Origin: Eledone cirrhosa
Taxonomy: Eukaryota
Assembly (NCBI GenBank): GCA_964016885.1
Contig: OZ024742.1
Location: forward strand, 165,974,001 to 166,038,000
Reading direction: 5' to 3'
Length of the DNA stretch: 64,000 nt
The notes under the pieces were generated by a model. That model was not told where the DNA came from. It worked only from the letters and a program-made list of their open reading frames with translations, and searched no databases. Of the stretch, positions 25,001 through 39,099 are shown in pieces. Made by a program: the position numbers and the translations under genes. How positions within the stretch are numbered: the first letter of the stretch is position 1; the number at the start of each line of letters is the position of its first letter.

Positions 25001-28000
25001 AATTTCCAGCCGTCCAAGGGGAGATAATTTTCAGCCGTCCAAGGGGAGATAATTTCCCGCCAGCCAAGGGAAGATAATATTTAAAAAATGAGGCGGAGAT
25101 AATTTGTAAAAAAAATCAGGGGGAGATAATTTGTAAAAAAATCAGGGGGAGATAATTTGTAAAAAAAATATCAGGGGGAGATAATTTGTAAAAAAATCAA
25201 GGGGAGATAATATGCAGCCGTCCAAGGGGAGATAATTTTCAGCCGTCCAAGGAGAGGTAATTTCTAGCCGTCCAAGGGGAGATAATTTCCAGCCGTCCAA
25301 GGGGAGATAGTTTTTTTAAAAAAATCAGGCGGAGATAATTTATAAAAAAAAACGGGGAAATAATTTGTAAAAAAAAATCAGGGGGAGATAATTTGTAAAA
25401 AAAAATCAGGGGGAGATAATTTGTAAAAAAAATCAGGGGGAGATAATTAGTAAAAAAAATCAAGGGGAGATAATTTCCAGCCGTCCAAGGGGAGGTAATA
25501 TCTAGCCGTCCACGGGGAGATAATTTCCAGCCGTCCAAGGGGAGATAATTTCCAGCCGTCCAAGGGTAGATAATATCCAGCCGTCCAAGTAGACATATTT
25601 TCCAGCCGTCCAAGGAGAGGTAATTTCTAGCCGTCCAAGGGGAGATAAATTCCAGCCTCCAAGGGGAGATAATTTCCAGCCAGCCAAGGGGAGATAATTT
25701 GTAAAAAAATCAGGGGTAGATAATTTGTAAAAAAAAATCAGGGGGAGATAATTTGTAAAAAAAATCAGGGGGAGATAATTTGTAAAAAAAATCAAGGGGA
25801 GATAATTTCCAGCCGTCCAAGGGAAGATAATTTCAAGCCCTCCAAGGGGCTATAATTTCCAGTGTCCAAGGGGAGATAATTTCCAGCCAGCGAAGGGGAG
25901 ATAATTTTTTTTAAAAATCAGGGGGAGATTTGTAAAAAAAATCAGGGGGAGATAATTTGTAAAAAAAATCAAAGGGAGATAATTTCCAGCCGTCCAAAGA
26001 GATAATTTCTAGCCGTCCAAGGGGAGATAATTTCGAGCCAAGGGGAGATAATTTCCAGCCGTCCAAGGGGAGATAATTTTTTAAAAAATCAGGTGGAGAT
26101 AATTTGTAAAAAAAATCAGGGGGAGATAATTTGTAAAAACAAAATCAAGGGCAGATAATTTCCAGCTGTCCAAGGGGAGATAATTTCCAGCCGTGCAAGG
26201 GGAGATAATTTCCAGCCGTCCAAGGGGAGATAATTTCCATCCTTCCAAGGGGAGATAATTTCCAGCCGTCCAAGGGGAGATAATTTCCCGCCAGCCAAGG
26301 GAAGATAATTTTTTAAAAAATCAGGCGGAGATTGTAAAAAAAATCAGGGGGAGATAATTTGTAAAAAAATCAGGGGGAGATAATTTGTAAAAAAATCAAG
26401 GGGAGATAATTTCCAGCTGTCCAAGGGGAGGTAATATCTAGCCGTCCAAGGGGAGATAATTTCCAGCCGTCCAAGGGGAGATAATTTCCAGCCGTCCAAG
26501 GGTAGATAATATCCAGCCGTCCAAGGAGACATATTTTCCAGCCGTCCAAGGAGAGGTAATTTCTAGCCGTCCAAGTGGAGATAAATTCCAGCCTCCAAGG
26601 GGAGATAATTTCCAGCCAGCCAAGGGGAGATAATTTGTAAAAAAATCAGGGGGAGATAATTTGTAAAAAAAATCAGGGGGAGATAATTTGTAAAAAAAAA
26701 TCAGGGGGAGATAATTTGTAAAAAAAATCAGGGGGAGATAATTTGTAAAAAAAATCAAGGGGAGATAATTACCAGCCGTCCAAGGGGAGATAATTTTCAG
26801 CCGTCCAAGGGGAGATACTTTCCAGCCGTCCAAGGGGAGATAATTTAAAAAAAAAATCAGGCGGAGATAATTTGTAAAAAAAATCAAGGGGAGATAATTT
26901 GCAACCGTCCAAGGGGACATAATTTTCAGTCGTCCAAGGAGAGGTAATTTCTAGCCGTACAAGGGGAGATAATTTCCAGCCGTCCAAGGGGAGATAATTT
27001 TTTTTTAAAAATCAGGCGGAGATAATTTGTAAAAAAAAAATCAGGGGGAGATAATTTGTAAAAAAAATCAGGGGGGGATAATTTGTAAAAAAAAATCAGG
27101 GGGAGATAATTTGTAAAAAAAATCAAGGGGAGATAATTTCCAGCCGTCTAAGGGAAGATAATTTCCAGCCCTCCAAGGGGCTATAATTTCCAGCGTCCAA
27201 GGGGAGATAATTTCCAGCCAGCGAAGGGGAGATAATTGTTTTAAAAAAATCATTGGGAGATTTGTAAAAAAAATCAGGGGGAGATAATTAATAAAAAAAA
27301 TCAAGGGGAGATAATTTCCAGCCGTCCAAAGGGAGGTAATATCTAGCCGTCCAAGGGGAGATAATTTCCAGCCGTCCAAGGGGTGATAATTTCCAGCCGT
27401 CCAAGGGTAGATAATATCCAGCCGTCCAAGGAGACATATTTTCCAGCCGTCCAAGGAGAGGTAATTTCTAGCCGTCCAAGGGGAGATAAATTCCAGCCTC
27501 CAAGGGGAGATAATTTCCAGCCAGCCAAGGGGAGATAATTTGTAAAAAAATCAGGGGGAGATAATTTGTAAAAAAAATCAGGGGTAGATAATTTGTAAAA
27601 AAAAATCAGGGGGAGATAATTTTAAAAAAAAATCAGGGGGAGATAATTTGTAAAAAAAATCAAGGGGAGATAATTTCCAGCCGTCCAAGGAGAGATAATT
27701 TTAAAAAAAAATCAGGCGGAGATAATTTGTAAAAAAAAATCAGGGGGAGATAATTTGTAAAAAAAAATCAGGGGGAGATAATTTGTAAAAAAAATCAAGG
27801 GGAGATAATTTCCAGCCGTCCAAGGGGAGATAATTTCCAGCCGTCCAAGGGGAGATAATTTTTTTAAAAAAATCAGGCGGAGATAATTTGTAAAAAAAAT
27901 CAGGGGGAGATAATTTGTAAAAAAAATCAGGGGGAGATAATTAGTAAAAAAAATCAAGGGGAGATAATTTCCAGCCGTCCAAGGGGAGGTAATATCTAGC

Positions 28001-31000
28001 CGTCCACGGGGAGATAATTTCCAGCCGTCCAAGGGGAGATAATTTCCAGCCGTCCAAGGGTAGATAATATCCAGCCGTCCAAGTAGACATATTTTCCAGC
28101 CGTCCAAGGAGAGGTAATTTCTAGCCGTCCAAGGGGAGATAAATTCCAGCCTCCAAGGGGAGATAATTTCCAGCCAGCCAAGGGGAGATAATTTGTAAAA
28201 AAATCAGGGGGAGATAATTTGTAAAAAAAATCAGGGGGAGATAATTTGTAAAAAAAAATCAGGGGGAGATAATTTGTAAAAAAAAATCAGGGGGAGATAA
28301 TTTGTAAAAAAAATCAGGGGGAGATAATTTGTAAAAAAAAATCAGGGGGAGATAATTTGTAAAAAAAAATCAGGGGGAGATAATTTGTAAAAAAAAATCA
28401 GGGGGAGATAATTTGTAAAAAAAATCAAGGGGAGATAATTTCCAGCCGTCCAAGGGGAGATAATTTCCAGCCGTCCAAGGGGAGGTAATATCTAGCCGTC
28501 CAAGGGGAGATAATTTCCAGCCGTCCAAGAGGAGATAATTTCCAGCCGTCCAAGGGTAGATAATATCCAGCCGTCCAAGGAGACATATTTTCCAGCCGTC
28601 CAAGGAGAGGTAATTTCTAGCCGTCCAAGGGGAGATAAATTCCAGCCTCCAAGGGGAGATAATTTCCAGCCAGCCAAGGGGAGATAATTTGTAAAAAAAA
28701 TCAGGGGGAGATAATTTGTAAAAAAAATCAGGGGGAGATAATTTGTAAAAAAAAATCAGGGGGAGATAATTTGTAAAAAAAATCAGGGGGAGATAATTTG
28801 TAAAAAAAAATCAAGGGGAGATAATTTCCAGCCGTCCAAGGGGAGATAATTTTCAGCCGCCCAAGGGGAGATAATTTCCCGCCAGCCAAAAGAAGATAAT
28901 ATTTAAAAAATCAGGCGGAGATAATTTGTAAAAAAAATCAGGGGGAGATAATTTGTAAAAAAATCAGGGGGAGATAATTTGTAAAAAAAAAATCAGGGGG
29001 AGATAATTTGTAAAAAAAATCAGGGGGAGATGATTTGTAAAAAAAAATCAGGGGTAGATAATTTGTAAAAAAAAATCAGGGGGAGATAATTTGTAAAAAA
29101 AAATCAGGGGGAGATAATTTGTAAAAAAAATCAAGGGGAGATAATTTCCAGCCGTCGAAGGGAAGATAATTTCCAGCCCTCCAAGGGGCTATAATTTCCA
29201 GCGTCCAAGGGGAGATAATTTCCAGCCGTCCAAGGGGAGATAATTTCCAGCCGTCCAAGGGTAGATAATATCCAGCCGTCCAAGTAGACATTTTCCAGCC
29301 GTCCAAGGAGAGATAATTTTAAAAAAAAATCAGGCGGAGATAATTTGTAAAAAAAAATCAGGGGGAGATAATTTGTAAAAAAAAATCAGGGGTAGATAAT
29401 TTGTAAAAAAAATCAAGGGGAGATAATTTCCAGCCGTCCAAGGGGAGATAATTTTCAGCCGTCCAAGGGGAGATAATTTCCAGCCGTCCAAGGGGAGATA
29501 ATTTTTAAAAAAAAATCAGGCGGAGATAATTTGTAAAAAAAATCAAGGGGAGATAATTTGCAACCGTCCAAGGGGACATAATTTTCAGTCGTCCAAGGAG
29601 AGGTAATTTCTAGCCGTCCAAGGGGAGATAATTTCCAGCCGTCCAAGGGGAGATAATTTCCAGCCGTCCAAGGGGAGATAATTTTTTTTTAAAAATCAGG
29701 CGGAGATAATTTGTAAAAAAAAAATCAGGGGGAGATAATTTGTAAAAAAAAATCAGGGGGAGATAATTTGTAAAAAAAAATCAGGGGGAGATAATTTGTA
29801 AAAAAAATCAAGGGGAGATAATTTCCAGCCGTCCAAGGGAAGATAATTTCCAGCCCTCCAAGGGGCTATAATTTCCAGCGTCCAAGGGGAGATAATTTCC
29901 AGCCAGCGAAGGGGAGATAATTGTTTTAAAAAAATCATTGGGAGATTTGTAAAAAAAATCAGGGGGAGATAATTAATAAAAAAAATCAAGGGGAGATAAT
30001 TCCAGCCGTCCAAGGGGAGGTAATATCTAGCCGTCCAAGGGGAGATAATTTCCAGCCGTCCAAGGGGAGATAATTTCCAGCCGTCCAAGGGTAGATAATA
30101 TCCAGCCGTCCAAGGAGACATATTTTCCAGCCGTCCAAGGAGAGGTAATTTCTAGCCGTCCAAGGGGAGATAAATTCCAGCCTCCAAGGGGAGATAATTT
30201 CCAGCCAGCCAAGGGGAGATAATTTGTAAAAAAAGTCAGGGGTAGATAATTTGTAAAAAAAAATCAGGGGGAGATAATTTGTAAAAAAAATCAGGGGGAG
30301 ATAATTTGTAAAAAAAATCAAGGGGAGATAATTTCCAGCCGTCCAAGGAGAGATAATTTTTAAAAAAAAATCAGGCGGAGATAATTTGTAAAAAAAAATC
30401 AGGGGGAGATAATTTGTAAAAAAAAATCAGGGGGAGATAATTTGTAAAAAAAATCAAGGGGAGATAATTTCCAGCCGTCCAAGGGGAGATAATTTCCAGC
30501 CGTCCAAGGGGAGATAAATTTTTTAAAAAAATCAGGCGGAGATAATTTGTAAAAAAAATCAATGGGAGATAATTTGTAAAAAAAAATCAGGGGGAGATAA
30601 TTTGTAAAAAAAATCAGGGGGAGATAATTTCCAGCCGTCCAAGGTAAGATAATTTCCAGCCCTCCAAGGGGCTATAATTTCCAGCATCCAAGGGGAGATA
30701 ATTTCCAGCCGTCCAAGGGTAGATAATATCCAGCCGTCCAAGTAGACATATTTTCCAGCCGTCCAAGGAGAGGTAATTTCTAGCCGTCCAAGGGGAGATA
30801 AATTCCAGCCTCCAAGGGGAGATAATTTCCAGCCAGCCAAGGGGAGATAATTTGTAAAAAAATCAGGGGGAGATAATTTGTAAAAAAAATCAGGGGGAGA
30901 TAATTTGTAAAAAAAAATCAGGGGGAGATAATTTGTAAAAAAAAATCAGGGGTAGATAATTTGTAAAAAAAAATCAGGGGGAGATAATTTGTAAAAAATA

Positions 31001-34000
31001 ATCAGGGGGAGATAATTTGTAAAAAAAAATCAGGGGGAGATAATTTGTAAAAAAAATCAAGGGGAGATAATTTCCAGCCGTCCAAGGGGAGATAATTTTC
31101 AGCCTTCCAAGGGGAGATAATTTCCAGCCGTCCAAGGGGAGATAATTTCCATCCTTCCAAGGGGAGATAATTTCCAGCCTTCCAAGGGGAGATAATTTTC
31201 AGCCGTCCAAGGGGAGATAATTTCCCGCCAGCCAAGGGAAGATAATATTTTAAAAAATCAGGCGGAGATAATTTGTAAAAAAAATCAGGGGGAGATAATT
31301 TGTAAAAAAATCAGGGGGAGATAATTTGTAAAAAAAAAATCAGGGGGAGATAATTTGTAAAAAAAATCAGGGGGAGATAATTTGGAAAAAAAAATCAGGG
31401 GTAGATAATTTGTAAAAAAAAATCAGGGGGAGATAATTTGTAAAAAAAAAATCAGGGGGAGATAATTTGTAAAAAAAATCAAGGGGAGATAATTTCCAGC
31501 CGTCCAAGGAGAGATAATTTTTTAAAAAAATCAGGCGGAGATAATTTGTAAAAAAAAATCAAGGGGAGACAATTTGTAAAAAAAAATCAGGGGGAGATAA
31601 TTTGTAAAAAAAATCAAGGGGAGATAATTTCCAGCCGTCCAAGGGAAGATAATTTCCAGCACTCCAAGGGGCTATAATTTCCAGTGTCCAAGGGGAGATA
31701 ATTTCCAGCCAGCGAAGGGGAGATAATTTTTTTAAAAAAATCAGGGGGAGATATGTAAAAAAAATCAGAGGGAGATAATTTCTAAAAAAAATCAAAGGGA
31801 GATAATTTCCAGCCGTCCAAAGAGAGATAATTTCTAGCCGTCCAAGGGGAGATAATTTCCAGACAAGGGGAGATAATTTCCAGCCGTCCAAGGGGAGATA
31901 ATTATTTAAAAAATCAGGTGGAGATAATTTGTAAAAAAAATCAGGGGGAGATAATTTGTAAAAAGAAAATCAAGGGCAGATAATTTCCAGCTGTCCAAGG
32001 GGAGATAATTTCCAGCCGTGCAAGGGGAGATAATTTCCAGCCGTCCAAGGGGAGATAATTTCCATCCTTCCAAGGGGAGATAATCTCCAGCCGTCCAAGG
32101 GGAGATAATTTCCCGCCAGCCAAGGGAAGATAATTTTTTAAAAAATCAGGCGGAGATTGTAAAAAAAATCAGGGGGAGATAATTTGTAAAAAAATCAGGG
32201 GGAGATAATTTGTAAAAAAAAAATCAGGGGAGATAATTTGTAAAAAAAAATCAGGGGGAGATAATTTGTAAAAAAAAATCAGGGGGAGATAATTTGTAAA
32301 AAAAATCAGGGGTAGATAATTTGTAAAAAAAAATCAGGGGGAGATAATTTGTAAAAAAAAATCAGTGGGAGATAATTTGTAAAAAAATCAAGGGGAGATA
32401 ATATGCAGCCGTCCAAGGGGAGATAATTTTCAGCCGTCCAAGGAGAGTTAATTTCTAGCCGTCCAAGGGGAGATAATTTCCAGCCGTCCAAGGGGAGATA
32501 ATTTCCAGCCGTCCAAGGGGAGATAGTTTTTTTAAAAAAATCAGGCGGAGATAATTTGTAAAAAAAAAATCAGGGGGAGATAATTTGTAAAAAAAAATCA
32601 GGGGGAGATAATTTGTAAAAAAAAATCAAGGGGAGATAATTTGTAAAAAAAATCAGGGGGAGATAATTAGTAAAAAAATCAAGGGGAGATAATTTCCAGC
32701 CGTCCAAGGGGAGGTAATATCTAGCCGTCCAAGGGGAGATAATTTCCAGCCGTCCAAGGGGAGATAATTTCCAGCCGTCCAAGGGTAGATAATTTCCAGC
32801 CGTCCAAGTAGACATATTTTCCAGCCGTCCAAGGAGAGGTAATTTCTAGCCGTCCAAGGGGAGATAAATTCCAGCCTCCAAGGGGAGATAATTTCCAGCC
32901 AGCTAAGGGGAGATAATTTGTAAAAAAATCAGGGGGAGATAATTTGTAAAAAAAAATCAGGGGGAGATAATTTGTAAAAAAAAATCAGGGGGAGATAATT
33001 TGTAAAAAAAATCAGGGGGAGATAATTTGTAAAAAAAAATCAGGGGGAGATAATTTGTAAAAAAAAATCAGGAGGAGATAATTTGTAAAAAAAAATCAGG
33101 GGGAGATAATTTGTAAAAAAGATCAAGGGGAGATAATTTCCAGCCGTCCAAGGGGAGATAATTTCCAGCCGTCCAAGGGGAGGTAATATCTAGCCGTCCA
33201 AGGGGAGATAATTTCCAGCCGTCCAAGAGGAGATAATTTCCAGTGTCCAAGGGGAGATAATTTCCAGCCAGCGAAGGGGAGATAATTTTTTTTTTTAAAT
33301 CAGGGGGAGATTTGTAAAAAAAATCAGGGGGAGATAATTTGTAAAAAAAAATCAAGGGGAGATAATTTCCAGCCGTCGAAGGGAAGATAATTTCCAGCCC
33401 TCCAAGGGGCTATAATTTCCAGCGTCCAAGGGGAGATAATTTCCAGCCAGCGAAGGGGAGATAATTTTTTTAAAAAAATCATTGGGAGATTTGTAAAAAA
33501 ATCAGGGAGAGATAATTTGTAAAAAAAATCAAGGGGAGATAATTTCCAGCCGTCCAAGGGGAGGTAATATCTAGCCGTCCAAGGGGAGATAATTTCCAGC
33601 CGTCCAAGGGGAGATAATTTCCAGCCGTCCAAGGGTAGATAATATCCAGCCGTCCAAGTAGACATTTTCCAGCCGTCCAAGGAGAGGTAATTTCTAGCCG
33701 TCCAAGGGGAGATAAATTCCAGCCTCCAAGGGGAGATAATTTCCAGCCAGCCAAGGGGAGATAATTTGTAAAAAAATCAGGGTTAGATAATTTGTAAAAA
33801 AAATCAGGGGGAGATAATTTGTAAAAAAAAATCAGGGGGAGATAATTTGTAAAAAAAAATCAGGGGGAGATAATTTGTAAAAAAAAATCAGGGGGAGATA
33901 ATTTGTAAAAAACATCAAGGGGAGATAATTTCCAGCCGTCCAAGGGGAGATAATTTTCAGCCGTCCAAGGGGAGATAATTTCCAGCCGTCCAAGGGGAGA

Positions 34001-37000
34001 TAATTTCCATCCTTCCAAGGGGAGATAATTTCCAGCCGTCCAAGGGGAGATAATTTCCCGCCAACCAAGGGAAGATAATTTTTAAAAAAATCAGGCGGAG
34101 ATTGTAAAAAAAATCAGGGGGAGATAATTTGTAAAAAAATCAGGGGGAGATAATTTGTAAAAAAAAAATCAGGGGGAGATAATTTGTAAAAAAAATCAGG
34201 GGGAGATAATTTGTAAAAAAAAATCAAGGGGAGATAATTTGTACAAAAAATCAGGGGTATATAATTTGTAAAAAAAATCAGGGGGAGATAATTTGTAAAA
34301 AAAAATCAGGGGGAGATAATTTGTAAAAAAAATCAAGGGGAGATAATTTGCAGCCGTCCAAGGGGAGATAATTTTCAGCCGTCCAAGGAGAGGTAATTTC
34401 TAGCCGTCCAAGGTGAGATAATATCCAGCCGTCCAAGGGGAGATAATTTCCAGCCGTCCAAGGGGAGATAATTTTAAAAAAAAAACAGGCGAAGATAATT
34501 TGTAAAAAAAAAATCAGGGGGAGATAATTTGTAAAAAAAATCAGGGGGAGATAATTTGTAAAAAAAAATCAGGGGGAGATAATTTGTAAAAAAAATTAAG
34601 GGGAGATAATTTGTAAAAAAAAATCAGGGGGAGATAATTTGTAAAAAAAAATCAGGGGGAGATAATTTGTAAAAAAAATTAAGGGGAGATAATTTGTAAA
34701 AAAAAATCAAGGGGAGATAATTTCCAGCCGTCCAAGGAGAGGTAATTTCTAGACGTCCAAGGGGAGATAATTTCCAGCCGTCCAAGGGGAGATAATTTCC
34801 AGCCGTCCAAGGGTAGATAATATCCAGCCGTCCAAGGAGACATATTTTCCAGCTTTGCAAGGAGAGGTAATTTCTAGCCGTCCAAGGGGAGATAAATTCC
34901 AGCCTCCAAGGGGAGATAATTTCCAGCCAGCCAAGGGGAGATGATTTGTAAAAAAAATCAGGGGGAGATAATTTGTAAAAAAAATCAGGGGGAGATAATT
35001 TGTAAAAAAAATCAGGGGGAGATAATTTGTAAAAAAAATCAGGGGGAGATAATTTCCAGCCGTCCAAGGGGAGATAATTTTCAGCCGTCCAAGGGGAGAT
35101 AATTTCCCGCCAGCCAAGGGAAGATAATATTTAAAAAATGAGGCGGAGATAATTTGTAAAAAAAATCAGGGGGAGATAATTTGTAAAAAAATCAGGGGGA
35201 GATAATTTGTAAAAAAAATATCAGGGGGAGATAATTTGTAAAAAAATCAAGGGGAGATAATATGCAGCCGTCCAAGGGGAGATAATTTTCAGCCGTCCAA
35301 GGAGAGGTAATTTCTAGCCGTCCAAGGGGAGATAATTTCCAGCCGTCCAAGGGGAGATAGTTTTTTTAAAAAAATCAGGCGGAGATAATTTATAAAAAAA
35401 AACGGGGAAATAATTTGTAAAAAAAAATCAGGGGGAGATAATTTGTAAAAAAAAATCAGGGGGAGATAATTTGTAAAAAAAATCAGGGGGAGATAATTAG
35501 TAAAAAAAATCAAGGGGAGATAATTTCCAGCCGTCCAAGGGGAGGTAATATCTAGCCGTCCACGGGGAGATAATTTCCAGCCGTCCAAGGGGAGATAATT
35601 TCCAGCCGTCCAAGGGTAGATAATATCCAGCCGTCCAAGTAGACATATTTTCCAGCCGTCCAAGGAGAGGTAATTTCTAGCCGTCCAAGGGGAGATAAAT
35701 TCCAGCCTCCAAGGGGAGATAATTTCCAGCCAGCCAAGGGGAGATAATTTGTAAAAAAATCAGGGGTAGATAATTTGTAAAAAAAAATCAGGGGGAGATA
35801 ATTTGTAAAAAAAATCAGGGGGAGATAATTTGTAAAAAAAATCAAGGGGAGATAATTTCCAGCCGTCCAAGGGAAGATAATTTCAAGCCCTCCAAGGGGC
35901 TATAATTTCCAGTGTCCAAGGGGAGATAATTTCCAGCCAGCGAAGGGGAGATAATTTTTTTTAAAAATCAGGGGGAGATTTGTAAAAAAAATCAGGGGGA
36001 GATAATTTGTAAAAAAAATCAAAGGGAGATAATTTCCAGCCGTCCAAAGAGATAATTTCTAGCCGTCCAAGGGGAGATAATTTCGAGCCAAGGGGAGATA
36101 ATTTCCAGCCGTCCAAGGGGAGATAATTTTTTAAAAAATCAGGTGGAGATAATTTGTAAAAAAAATCAGGGGGAGATAATTTGTAAAAACAAAATCAAGG
36201 GCAGATAATTTCCAGCTGTCCAAGGGGAGATAATTTCCAGCCGTGCAAGGGGAGATAATTTCCAGCCGTCCAAGGGGAGATAATTTCCATCCTTCCAAGG
36301 GGAGATAATTTCCAGCCGTCCAAGGGGAGATAATTTCCCGCCAGCCAAGGGAAGATAATTTTTTAAAAAATCAGGCGGAGATTGTAAAAAAAATCAGGGG
36401 GAGATAATTTGTAAAAAAATCAGGGGGAGATAATTTGTAAAAAAATCAAGGGGAGATAATTTCCAGCTGTCCAAGGGGAGGTAATATCTAGCCGTCCAAG
36501 GGGAGATAATTTCCAGCCGTCCAAGGGGAGATAATTTCCAGCCGTCCAAGGGTAGATAATATCCAGCCGTCCAAGGAGACATATTTTCCAGCCGTCCAAG
36601 GAGAGGTAATTTCTAGCCGTCCAAGTGGAGATAAATTCCAGCCTCCAAGGGGAGATAATTTCCAGCCAGCCAAGGGGAGATAATTTGTAAAAAAATCAGG
36701 GGGAGATAATTTGTAAAAAAAATCAGGGGGAGATAATTTGTAAAAAAAAATCAGGGGGAGATAATTTGTAAAAAAAATCAGGGGGAGATAATTTGTAAAA
36801 AAAATCAAGGGGAGATAATTACCAGCCGTCCAAGGGGAGATAATTTTCAGCCGTCCAAGGGGAGATACTTTCCAGCCGTCCAAGGGGAGATAATTTAAAA
36901 AAAAAATCAGGCGGAGATAATTTGTAAAAAAAATCAAGGGGAGATAATTTGCAACCGTCCAAGGGGACATAATTTTCAGTCGTCCAAGGAGAGGTAATTT

Positions 37001-37970
37001 CTAGCCGTACAAGGGGAGATAATTTCCAGCCGTCCAAGGGGAGATAATTTTTTTTTAAAAATCAGGCGGAGATAATTTGTAAAAAAAAAATCAGGGGGAG
37101 ATAATTTGTAAAAAAAAATCAGGGGGGGATAATTTGTAAAAAAAAATCAGGGGGAGATAATTTGTAAAAAAAATCAAGGGGAGATAATTTCCAGCCGTCT
37201 AAGGGAAGATAATTTCCAGCCCTCCAAGGGGCTATAATTTCCAGCGTCCAAGGGGAGATAATTTCCAGCCAGCGAAGGGGAGATAATTGTTTTAAAAAAA
37301 TCATTGGGAGATTTGTAAAAAAAATCAGGGGGAGATAATTAATAAAAAAAATCAAGGGGAGATAATTTCCAGCCGTCCAAAGGGAGGTAATATCTAGCCG
37401 TCCAAGGGGAGATAATTTCCAGCCGTCCAAGGGGTGATAATTTCCAGCCGTCCAAGGGTAGATAATATCCAGCCGTCCAAGGAGACATATTTTCCAGCCG
37501 TCCAAGGAGAGGTAATTTCTAGCCGTCCAAGGGGAGATAAATTCCAGCCTCCAAGGGGAGATAATTTCCAGCCAGCCAAGGGGAGATAATTTGTAAAAAA
37601 ATCAGGGGGAGATAATTTGTAAAAAAAATCAGGGGTAGATAATTTGTAAAAAAAAATCAGGGGGAGATAATTTTAAAAAAAAATCAGGGGGAGATAATTT
37701 GTAAAAAAAATCAAGGGGAGATAATTTCCAGCCGTCCAAGGAGAGATAATTTTAAAAAAAAATCAGGCGGAGATAATTTGTAAAAAAAAATCAGGGGGAG
37801 ATAATTTGTAAAAAAAAATCAGGGGGAGATAATTTGTAAAAAAAATCAAGGGGAGATAATTTCCAGCCGTCCAAGGGGAGATAATTTCCAGCCGTCCAAG
37901 GGGAGATAATTTTTTTAAAAAAATCAGGCGGAGATAATTTGTAAAAAAAATCAGGGGGAGATAATTTGTA
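17850..37970 (+). repeat. Near-identical 10,051-bp tandem duplication (~17850-27900 and ~27900-37970)
   Basis: Nearly every ORF pair from 17945/27996 to 27343/37394 has offset 10050-10051, and rare variants are shared (AAAAGTCAGG, AGCTTTGCAA, AAACGGGGAAATAA). By eye I saw only a few differences, e.g. T at 24147 vs A at 34198 and two 1-bp A-run changes. Confidence 0.93.
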
Positions 37971-39099
37971 AAAAAAAATCAGGGGGAGATAATTTGTAAA
38001 AAAAAATCAGGGGGAGATAATTTCCAGCCGTCCAAGGTAAGATAATTTCCAGCCCTCCAAGGGGCTATAATTTCCAGCATCCAAGGGGAGATAATTTCCA
38101 GCCGTCCAAGGGTAGATAATATCCAGCCGTCCAAGTAGACATATTTTCCAGCCGTCCAAGGAGAGGTAATTTCTAGCCGTCCAAGGGGAGATAAATTCCA
38201 GCCTCCAAGGGGAGATAATTTCCAGCCAGCCAAGGGGAGATAATTTGTAAAAAAATCAGGGGGAGATAATTTGTAAAAAAAATCAGGGGGAGATAATTTG
38301 TAAAAAAAAATCAGGGGGAGATAATTTGTAAAAAAAAATCAGGGGGAGATAATTTGTAAAAAAAAATCAGGGGGAGATAATTTCCAGCCGTCCAAGGGGA
38401 GATAATTTTCAGCCGTCCAAGGGTAGATAATATCCAGCCGTCCAAGTAGACATTTTCTAGCCGTCCAAGGAGAGGTAATTTCTAGCCGTCCAAGGGGAGA
38501 TAAATTCCAGCCTCCAAGGGGAGATAATTTCCAGCCAGCCAAGGGGAGATAATTTGTAAAAAAATCAGGGGGAGATAATTTGTAAAAAAAATCAGGGGGA
38601 GATAATTTGTAAAAAAAAATCAGGGGGAGATAATTTGTAAAAAAAATCAGGAGGAGATAATTTGTAAAAAAAAATCAGGGGGAGATAATTTGTAAAAAAA
38701 ATCAAGGGGAGATAATTTCCAGCCGTCCAAGGGGAGATAATTTTCAGCCGTCCAAGGGGAGATAATTTCCAGCCGTCCAAGGGGAGATAATTTCCATCCT
38801 TCCAAGGGGAGATAATTTCCAGCCGTCCAAGGGGAGATAATTTGTAAAAAAAAAATCAGGGGTAGATAATTTGTAAAAAAAAATCAGGGGGAGATAATTT
38901 GTAAAAAAAAAATCAGGGGGAGATAATTTGTAAAAAAAAATCAGGGGGAGATAATTTCCAGCCGTCCAAGGGGAGATAATTTTCAGCCGTCCAAGGGGAG
39001 ATAATTTCCCGCCAGCCAAGGGAAGATAATATTTAAAAAAATCAGGCGGAGATAAATTGTAAAAAAAATCAGGGGGAGATAATTTGTAAAAAAATCAGG

